The position numbers were made by a program, and so were the translations under genes. A stretch of 64,000 nt of DNA, from positions 248,001 to 312,000 of the forward strand of contig CM082589.2 in assembly GCA_040954595.2 (NCBI GenBank), read 5' to 3'. Origin of the DNA: Balanoglossus misakiensis (taxonomy: Eukaryota > Animalia > Hemichordata). Of the stretch, positions 51,734 through 64,000 are shown in pieces; the stretch's first letter is position 1; every line of letters begins with the position of its first letter. The notes beneath the pieces are model-generated. The model was not told the DNA's origin and did not search any database. It was given only the letters and a program-made list of their open reading frames with translations.

Positions 51734-54700
51734 ATGAAAACGACAAAGTTAAAGTCAAGAGGTAGCATCATCTTAGTCGTTGTCTTGGGGATATGTTTAT
51801 CAGAAACAATCGGATCAGTTCCTCCAGGTAGGGTTTTTTTAAATTAATCTACTGCAAGATTTCGAATATTTTGGGTGAAGAATAGTTAAAGATGTAATTA
51901 TCCTGTCTTCAAAGCTTGGAATATTTAGTTCAATATTTTCTGTGATATACAGATAGTGATCAACAGGTGTCATGAATTCGCAACATGGATGATATGATCA
52001 AATCGTATGACATGGGTCCGGATAAGGTTAATTGCATAAGAGTCCACCTAGTACATGCATAGCACTATATCAGCATGCGAAATTAGATCCAGTCAAAGCT
52101 ATAGTGTATATGTATGTAAATAATGAACAAGAAAACGGACAATAATCTGTGTGCAAATTTATTTACAAAACTTCATCATTACAGAGTCATTATACACTCA
52201 GCACCAGAGTGAATTATTTTTGTTACAGTGCAATATATTAAGTCACAAAATATATATTTTAAAGCTAGTTTCATATTTATAAAGCTCTGCAAAATTTCCA
52301 CCAGACTTAAAGTGACAAAAGAAGTGAAATAACCATGGTGAAGGCAAAACCTGCCAGAGTTGAGGCACTTGATGTATCACTGAAATTACAATCGTCTGTG
52401 TCACAGCATTCTGTGCATGCCCATGCACTTAGTCTGACGTCACATGGCCATGTAGTCTGCAATGCTGTATCACACTGACTTCTCCAGTAGCAGGATTTGG
52501 CAATTGTCTTCCCATCCACACCTGTGCAAAATAAAAATGGAGTATGTAATCTGTTCATTTTTATTTTTGCAGGCTTTGACGCCAAATTTAAAAATAAAAA
52601 CCTACAAGTGTAATTATACATAAAACAATAACTTCACGTAATGTTCGATGTTATATACTGATTACTAAATTAAAAAAAACTAATAATACAGTGAAAATAC
52701 TTACTTGACCAAACAACTGATTTTAGACAAGCATCCTGCGTTGGATTGCATTCCACCAAATCAATATCACGATTACAATTACTGTTATCACTTACACCAC
52801 TGCATTCGTAACATCGAAGACCAGCCACTGAAAAAAATAAAAGTTTGAACGGGAACTGTCGGGCCAGGCTGTGGTCATGACCAGCACATATATGCAGTGT
52901 GGTACATGCGCATAAAGTTCTCACAATCGTCTGGGTGCGGATTTCAAAGGGAATATACTAGTCTCAATCACCTGGGCAAGATGGTCGTTTGCATTCAAAA
53001 AACGGTCAGTCCATTACCTGTGGTGGTAAAAACTGTCAAGACGAACACGACCTGCAGTTTTCTTGACATCGCAAGGACAGAGTTGGTCACTTCCTGCAGT
53101 AACCCGTCACCATAGTATCTGTTTAAAAGTCGAATAATCTGTTCAGCCGAATTCCCTCACTGTAAGCAACCCGGAAGGGACTTCGCTCCGAGTGGAATGT
53201 GAGATATGTATTTAATGCGCATGCTTCTTTGGGTTTATGTTTAAACCACGCAGACTGAATAAATGCAATCCACGTCAATGCGTAACCCAGTAGCCAGGCC
53301 ACTGGCTCTGTTGCGCATGATTGGGTCGTCCGATCGTGACCAAAGGGTCGCCGTTCTATGCCAGTGGATCGTTGAGGGCGCTCATGACCCGCTGGCATTT
53401 GCTGGAATAACGAAGACAGTGTTATCCTACTTTCTTTTTTCAGCGAGATGGTGTACTATTTCCAACGCCGAAGAAGTAAAATGTCAACAAATGAAGACAG
53501 CGTTTCGAAACATGTCCCTGACGCCGGAGATCGAATGTGTGTCAAGAACGCACGCCAAGGTGTGTTGTACTTTTAAGCACATTTATTCTGTCATAAATCC
53601 AATCACAGTTAAATTTCTCACAGTTTTTAATCACTACAATATATTCATTTTTATCTGAAGGAATGTATGTCAACTATAAAAGACGGACAGGCCGACCTAG
53701 CTGCGTTTGATGCTGGCGATGCATACACTGCTGGTGAGAAGTATGGTTTAAGACCCATCATGGCGGAGCAGTACCCAGGTGGGTTAGTTACTGACAAAAT
53801 TATTGGTATAAATCTTCAGGAAATCTAGTCTTGGCCGGTAGTTTTATGACTCTTTGCCACGGTTCTTTCTCTTTAAGACGGTACTGAATCTTACGTCGTC
53901 GCTTTTGGGAAGACGAGTAACGCTGACGTCACCATTGACAACCTAGAAGGGAAAATAAGTTGCCATGGCGGTATCAAGATGGCGGCAGGCTGGGTGGTTA
54001 CCATGTCAACATTGATGGATTGGGGAGTGATCAAACGACAGGGTTGTGAAGGCCGTTCCGAATATATTCAACAGTTTTCGGAATTTGTGGATACCATGTC
54101 TGCTGGTGAATTTTTCAACATGAGTTGTGTACCGGGTAAGACCTCAATTTGCTGAAAAAAATATGATTAGTTTTAGAAGAATAATATAAAACTTTCAGAG
54201 TTGACAAGAGTCCAGCAATGACGGTTCTGTCGTAGTTGGGTATTATATCTGAATGATATGGCATACTTTTGTCGTGAGCAGAAAATTGCATCATAGCAGA
54301 ATAAGACGTTTTCTTATGTTTCTGAGCATTTCAGCAGTGAAAGTCACACAAACGCGTTTACTTTGTTTTTCTTTCGAAAGGATCGAGTTGGGACGCATAC
54401 AACGTTGGGGGCGTGAATCCATTCTCACTCTGTGATTGGTGTGTTGGAAATTTCAATAATTTTGACAATTATTACGTTGATTATTGTGCTCGTAACCAGG
54501 GCGAAGATTACTATGGCAACATAGGAGCGTTGCGGTAAGCCTAGATAGAATCTGAGGTATTTTCCCTGGTATATACATGTGCCCTAGCAGTTCTTCCTGA
54601 TCTTGGAAGTTATTTAGTGCATTTGGGTATAGAATAGCTGACCTTCTTCATGGAGATGCCCCACTACGATCGTTTCACAAATGTCATTAATAGTATGTCT

Positions 54701-55557
54701 GTCTTCTCTTTGGACGTGACAGCTGTCTCATGGAGGGCGCAGATGTAGCATTCACCACTCATCAAACGTTGAGAGAAGTCCTGAGTCAACCACGTGATTG
54801 GTCAGCTGGCGTGATGGAAAATGATTACGTCATTCTGTGCAAAGACGGATCAAGAATGCCTGCTTCGGACTACAACTTTGAGGAGTGCCATCTTGGAAAG
54901 GTAGTGGACATTGAATGATCGAGAGAAATTGTTTTAAGTTTGACAGAGATAACACAATGAGGTACTCTTTGTCTTCGTGTAACGTTTATGGAATTAATTC
55001 TTACCTGGGTTCGAACATTTACAAACTGTTTCTTTCTGTACCGCAGGTGCCATCGAACGTCATCATGGTGTCTGAAATTAATTTTCAGAAAAGTATTGAC
55101 GCTTACAAAAATTTACTTATGGAGGGACAGGTACGTCACACTTACAATACATACTTTTGTAATCCGCGATTCAAATTCATCATCAACCTTAAAAAATAGT
55201 GTTTTTCTCTCTCGTCTCCTAGGCAGTACTGATCTCGTATTTATTGTGTTTGCTCCTTAGCGTATCTTTGGGAGAGACGACAACGAACATAACTTCAAAA
55301 TGTTCCATTCTGGCAGTTATTACACAGACTTGCTGTTCAGTGACGTCACCGAAAAATTGGTTGATGTCGGCAAAAGAAACACATATTCTGATTGGCTGGG
55401 AGAAGATTATTTGCGTTCGCAGAAATATTTGACCGGCTGCGATAATCCGCCGGCCTTATATCTGACCTCTGGAGGTCAACATAAGGTCAAGGTGCACGAA
55501 GGACTGACTTTTTGTCTAATGTTCTTGTTATTAAGCTTCGGTTTTCAACAGTCGTAG
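51734..55557 (+). CDS. Single-lobed transferrin-family (melanotransferrin/otolith matrix protein-like) protein with signal peptide and GPI-type tail
   Basis: Signal-peptide exon 51734-51827 splices in phase 1 to 53444 (ARWCTISNAEEVKC). Further exons: ADLAAFDAGD, SCHGG..AGW, FFNMSCVPG, YYGNIGALRCL, DVAF, CHLGKVPSN, DLLFSD; ends LTFCLMFLLLSFGFQQS*. Confidence 0.87.
52307..53070 (-). CDS. Ly6/uPAR three-finger protein, GPI-anchored, 3 exons, nested in transferrin intron 1
   Basis: MSRKLQVVFVLTVFTTT|VAGLRCYECSG...CNPTQDAC...|KSC...C...C...CTECCDTDDCN followed by a hydrophobic C-tail; ten-Cys LU pattern ending CCxxDxCN. Confidence 0.88.
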
Positions 55558-57558
55558 AAAATAAACATTTTAGACAGTAACATCGCTTTTATGTCCGTCA
55601 AAAATTTGATAGTAAGAAAAGACACAGAAAGCTTGTTTGACAGAAGAACTTTTCCACATTAAAAAAGTTCAATTTCTGCCACACTTTTGCTGTTATGTGT
55701 ATTTCGGTTCCTTTTTAAAAGCACCGGTTAACAATAAATAGTATTATTTTTACCATGCGAGTTCAGTAACGAGAGCATGGAAACCTACTGGCTGGGTTCA
55801 TATACATGATATAATGCAGCGTAATGCATGGACCAATGAACCTATTGTTATCGGTCTCCTTTGTCACTCAGACGAATGCATGAGTAGAATACGCAGGCGT
55901 GATACCAAGTCAGTATGCGGCAAAATTTGTGCAAGGATTTTTCACGCCCCAAACATGGCAATTTTAAAAGCTTTTGTGTCCCGCTTGTTAAATATCACAT
56001 TTATTACAGGCGCATATGTCGTCAACCCACATCCGGGTGTTTTACATGGCAGACAACAAGCTAAGGGTAGTCTATTCGATTTCGAGTCGCCCAAAATAGA
56101 ACCCCTGTGCGGTCTTCTGTGACGTGTATATCATTTTAATAATTATGCATGTTATGTATTACGGACATATCAATATATTCAATGATGTGTTTCTGTCATA
56201 GTACATTAAGCGGCTGCAGCGAAACCATCAACGAGACCGATTGCACGCTGGTAGGTCAGATTTCGTCGTTTTTCTCTGTTATGCTTATAGATACTCGTAT
56301 AAAAGAATGAAATATTGTTTCATGTTACGATTGACTTGGAAATGATCGGTTTGGACTGATGTGTGTATAAAAACGACATTCTCAGTTTAAAGCCATGTTT
56401 TCATGTTAAAAATGCTTTCCTTCGACATGTCGAATTCAAAACTAAGTTAAATTCTAAAAAAAATCAATTTTCAGCTCCGTACAAACAGTAAATAACCGTC
56501 CATGCATGACTGCAGCAAATGCAAACGTTTCCCATTGTTTTTTCGGCAATGGTGTCCAATCGCTTTTTATAGTTTCTCTTTTGTCATTTGACGCGTTCAT
56601 ATGGTTCTTACTGGTATTTGCATATGAAAAGAACTAGACACGTGCTACCGTGTATCGCTGGACTTCTTGCGCACGCTTTGTCGTTTAATGCTACTGAAAT
56701 TTTCCGGTTCACTTTATGCTTAAGTGAATTTCCACGCGAAGAGATATTAGGTTCGATTTATTGGAAGTACAGACGTAGAATTATGAGAATGTGAGATTGA
56801 GAATGTAAGAGCGTTTAACACAAAAGCGATTATCGTCCGCCAGACAAAATGATTGTCTCGCTAAAAATCAAATTAGCCCTTTGTTTACTTGGTATTTGAT
56901 CGCTTTGTTTGAAAGACGGTCAAATTCATGCAATCTATCACTTTACAGTATTCTGACATTACCAGCGCAAACATGAGCCTTTTCAATAAAAAAATGTGTG
57001 GAATCGGGCAGACAAAGGGACAAAGAAAAATAAAACGGATCTAGCATTTTTGATATATTTTAATATTTTTTGACAAAACCGTTAGATTTGTGCGCCAATT
57101 ATGAAATAAGATTAAAAATGCATATATAAATATCAATATATTTTGGTTTTATATACATTCGGATTTGAAATGCCCTATATTATATTTATTTGGCGAGGCT
57201 TTCTCTGTAAACATGAATAAGAGTTAAGGGGTCTTTGTTGAAACACAGAGAGAAACCCAGGCTTAGTTTAGCAGACGACAATTTGATTAAAGCTGATATG
57301 TCCTTGCAAACCTACGTGGTAAATGTTGACAAAGACTTGCCCACATGAGGTGGGAGCGCAGCCTGCATGTATCGCCTGAGTGGGTCCCATTTACACGTGA
57401 TTATCACATGACCAATTTCGATGGTACCTGTACAAATCATAATGCTATCACTGTCCACTTATCGATATTGGTACCTACTAATAATTAACGCATGGTATCG
57501 TATTTGATGTATTTTTTTTTCTTATTAGATTTTTCGCAACCGATGACGTCAACCAAGA

Positions 57559-59425
57559 ATGGCTGGAAGAGAAAGCTACAAAACTCTCTACGTACCAAAC
57601 ATAGCAACCAGAGTTCTGTCTGCTTTGGATTCTGAGAGAAAATGCGCCCTCAATGGGGATACAGTGATATGCGTCGGACTGGAAGAATTTCAGTGTCATC
57701 GCGTGGTACTTTCTGCATGCAGTTCGTACTTCAAAGCTATGTTCAGTCATGAGTTGAAGGAGACCCTTGAAGCAAGAGTAACGCTTTGTGACGTCAGAGC
57801 TGACGTCATGAAGATTCTAATCGACTTTGCATACACGATGAGGCTAGACATTAACGAAGATAATGTTCAAGACATTCTGACAACTGCCAACTTTCTGCAA
57901 TTCGATGACGTCACGTCCGCTTGTTGCGACTTCATGACGAATAAACTGACCGCGGATAATTGTCTAGGAGTTTGGAACTTTGCCGCCAACCATGGATGTA
58001 AAACATTAATCTCCACCGCAAAAAAGTTTGCGCTGGTGAACTTTTGCAAGGTCCAAGAACACAGTGAGTTTCTTCGCCTCGACAAAAAAACATTGATAGC
58101 GTATATACAAGATGACAATTTGAGATGTGATGACGAGATTGAAGTGTGCGAAGCAGTTTTCGCGTGGCTTAAATTTGATGAGCAAAACCGTGCAGAAGAC
58201 TTTATCGAAGTCCTGGAACATGTGCGGCTTCCATTGGCTAATCTGCAGACTGCGACTGCGCAAGATATGAAACAACACGGATGTTGGAATGAATTCTTAG
58301 AAGAAGCTAAATCTTGCCAACAACTTATGCAGAAAGGTTACAAAATCCAAGGCCCGCGAACGAGACTGCGAGGAAGAGACCAACTTGTAGAATTTCTTGT
58401 TGTTTTGGGAGGACAAACAAAAGAGGAAAGCAGACAAGACGTAGACTTTAACACGGGAGTGAAATATCTCCCAATGTGCAATCCTTGCCAAGGCACCACA
58501 GACAATAACAAGGAGGAATGGCGGGACCTTGCCAAAATGCCAAATGCAAAGAAGAGAAAGTACGCCATAATAAATTCAGGTAATTACGAAAACTCCTTTT
58601 TAGAGAGAAGGATAATTTTCAGACAACCTGCATCATTTGTAACACGACTTCTCTTTATTTGATCAATTTTACTGACTTTGAGATTTGTTCTTGTCCTCAG
58701 GCGTTAATGTGTATGTGATTGGTGGCTATGATTCGACCGTTCAACGTTCCACAGCAGAAGTCTGGCGTTATAATTTCCTCGGAAATTACTGGAAACGACA
58801 GAAGAATCTGAACAAAGCCCGGCACTCACACGGCGCGGCGTCGCTTGGTGACCATATTTATGTCGCCGGTGGAAAGAACTCGCTGATTGGCATGAGATTG
58901 AACAGTGCAGAACGCTACGTCATCGCGGAGGACAGATGGCAAGAAGTCCCGTCGATGCCTGAAGCCGTCAGTGTACCTTCCGTCGTCGCTTGTGAGAGAC
59001 AGGTCTACGTCATCGGTGGCAGTAATATCAACGACATGCCTTGCAACAAAATACAGAGTTTCGATGCATCAACGGAAACCTGGTCCATCGTGCGTCACAT
59101 ATCCATACAGAGAAAGCTTCTATCAGCTGCAGTTATAGATGACAAAATCTACATATTTGGTGGTAAATCAGCGCGTGACGTCATCACATATGACCCAAAG
59201 TCAAAAACGGTCATTTATGAGAGTCACACAGCCAATGAACAGCGGCTTTATCCTGGCGTCATGACGTGGGCTGGTCAAATTTACCTCACTGGCGGTAAAG
59301 GAGGCGATCGAATCTATAATTGCGTAGATGTTTATGACACCAAGTCAAGTATTTGGACGAAAGTGCCAAACTTTCTTCCATTTCCGATGTATATGCACGG
59401 TTGCTGCGTTGTACAACAAGAATGA
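57559..59425 (+). CDS. BTB-BACK-Kelch (KLHL family) protein, 2 coding exons (57559-58579, 58701-59425)
   Basis: FQCHRVVLSACSSYFKAMF BTB, BACK (EHVRLPL), Kelch repeats (VYVIGG, IYVAGG, IYIFGG, IYLTGG). Confidence 0.92.
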
Positions 59426-61073
59426 ACGGAGACCAGTCACGGACTTGAACAAGCGTGTTCACTTACAAGTTAGACAACATTTATGCAAAAACGATACATG
59501 TTTTTGATAGGAAATCTACGTTTTTGGCCATTTTTGGCCACTCGTATATTCCACACCATGGATATGTTGGTGTAGTGTTTAAAGCGACCAAGGCCAATAG
59601 CTATGGTGACTTAGTTCACACCCAACGTATCACTGTAGCTCTTGGTATTATTGTAACCCAGGGTGATTTCAATATTTAACAGACTACACTTCAACTCAGC
59701 AGATATATGACAACCGATGATAACCTTGCATTGTACCGTTACTAATACCGATTTCTAATACAGCATATATTTTGAACAACATGTCGTATGCAACAACAAA
59801 AAGTGACAGTTTTGTTTACGAAATGTTGTATGTTTTGAAGTCAAACAAGTTTGGCGACTTGTAATAAACAGAGTATTCCCAGAAAGGACATGGCATGCAA
59901 GCTTGTGACCATCTTTAACGCCCCCAGGTGGCAACTTGGTGTGAGAAAGGTGCGTTGATGACGCCGTGCGAATACCTGTGTGAACCGAGGCAACGCGAGG
60001 TCAATTCAACGCCTACACCTTGTTACTATCTCTCTGTCGATACCAATGTTTTGAACGGTCTTCCTCTGTCATAATTAGACCGCAGGCAACTTGGACACCC
60101 GTTGTCGCTGTAAGGCAAGTTTAATTATACCCTTCGGACCGAATTTCAAGCGAATCTCTAGACGTGTAAATATGTATCGCTTCTAGTATACAGCAGCACC
60201 ATTTTAGTGCTCAGGTCACTTTGGGGTCTTTCTCTCGTGACCCTGCTATAATATTATGCATAGTTTTGAATAGACATCTGCTGTTTTTAACATTTCTTAT
60301 GTAATACCACGCAGATGCTGAGATGGAAGTTATGTGTAACGTCATGCATGGGCGTGTTATTTTGTGTTGGTTTGAAATATACTCACGCACTTTCGTTTCT
60401 CAGACCCGGCAACATTTTGCGTGTAAGTTTATATGTCAGAAAAATGCCACATCAGATTTCTTGTCAATACCAAAAGTTACGTACAGGTCATACATGCTTG
60501 GTAAGAACGCTTGCAAAGTTTCTTGCCATCTGCAGGCTGCACGGACAACAGGTATACCGTTTAACCAATAGTCTAATTTATGAGCATTGTGAAGCTATGC
60601 TACGCAAACTATATTTATACAACTGACTGCTTCAACAAGTACAGGTTAAGCCATGCAATGAAAGAAACTATACCTGCACAACGGGTAGAAGTGCAAATCA
60701 CCAAGACGCGCCTTTAACAAAATCTTAAAAATTAACCGATCTGGCATTCAGAAAAAATATATAGCCATCATTATTGGCCTTGTACTGGTTTGGATAACCT
60801 GGTTTAAGAGATTTGCTTTGGTATGCAGCTGACCAAACCGAGATCAGTGGCAATATGCATGCAGGATCAAAGGTCAAATTGGACATTCCATTCAGGGTCA
60901 TCGGCGTACATGTATTGATTGTAATGAAACCAATAATCATAACTAAATGTCGGCAAAAAAGTGTTATTATTGCTGATATTGCTCATTCAAGTGAATCTAC
61001 AATCATTCGGCAGATTCACCAGACTGGAGGTTTGGACGCAAACGCCTGAACTCGTCCTGCCCCTGTGTCAACG

Positions 61074-63192
<2,119 letters not shown>

Positions 63193-64000
63193 GACGAGAA
63201 TTGTCTATTTCAGTTGTGTAACCTCGTGTATGTAGGTTAAAGACAATTAGGCAATTGTATGACTTTATATCGCAGCAGCTGTATTATATGTATATTTATT
63301 CATTTTTTTCTCATTCATCAGGCGAATTTAGATCTTTTACTGCATGGGAATATTTTGCAAGAAATTCACTCGTAGATTTCTTATTATTATATCCGTCTAT
63401 ATTTATTGTATATAGTGCACAACAATTTATTTGTCCCCAAAGTGTAATCGGCAGTCTAAAGGTATTGCTATCAAAAATCAATTTAATGATCTTCCGAAGC
63501 AGAACTTAGAACATCACAGCATAAAGAAATCTATTTTAATGAAATGTTAACATTGCAATATTTTTTAACTGTTAATAATTATAAATATCAGGTGATTAAA
63601 ATATTTAATATCCAAATAAATACATATTACAACTGATCCGAGTCTGCTTAACAAATAAACAAAAGAAGTGCAAAGACATGTCGTATATATGCAACTTCAT
63701 TGACATCGTTGATGTTACGCGTGCGCAGTGCTACCTACGTCGTAGTAAGTTGTACTCAGCGACACGTGTCTTCCTGAACAGCGTTTCTGAGACCGACAGG
63801 AGTCCCGCAACATCACTGCCAAACGCCATCCAAAATGCACAGGCTGAAAACAGGAATACTTGTGGGTACTTGCTGAATCAGGGTAAGTAACTATACTAAT
63901 AATATCAGATATATTGAAAGGATAATTAGATCATTCCTAACTCCATATTTGGACGAAGCATGGAGGTAGGAGCTTCTTCATGGATAAAGTGCATGTAACA

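Noticed and set aside
56204-56724. TTAA-flanked non-autonomous DNA transposon
   Set aside because: Terminal inverted match is only TTAAGC/GCTTAA; no second copy in the window.
63731-63843. Possible terminal exon of a minus-strand gene (…FWMAFGSDVAGLLSVSETLFRKTRVAEYNLLRRR*)
   Set aside because: Acceptor is plausible but no family is recognisable and the rest would lie outside the window.

Overview
Eukaryotic, intron-containing animal genomic DNA with short GT-AG introns. An invertebrate deuterostome (echinoderm/hemichordate/amphioxus-like) is likely, inferred from gene content only. The left ~23.3 kb is a tightly packed, CpG-poor housekeeping block: IFT52 3' end, RCC1, ICE1 (intronless CDS), PPIE, UCKL1 and HMBOX1-like, with two divergent promoters. 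The right part is CpG-rich and holds more lineage-specific genes: two tandem intronless Golgi-type proteins each with FOUR GT31 (beta-1,3-glycosyltransferase) domains, an intronless Ig receptor with ITAM/ITIM-like tyrosine motifs, a GPI-tailed ceruloplasmin/hephaestin-like ferroxidase, a GDAP1-like GST, a single-lobed GPI-tailed transferrin lacking most iron ligands with a Ly6 gene nested antisense in its first intron, a BTB-Kelch gene, and a degenerate Src-like tyrosine (pseudo)kinase. PPIE contains a textbook U12-type intron. All gene models were spliced by eye, family assignments are from memory of family motifs, and no searches were run.
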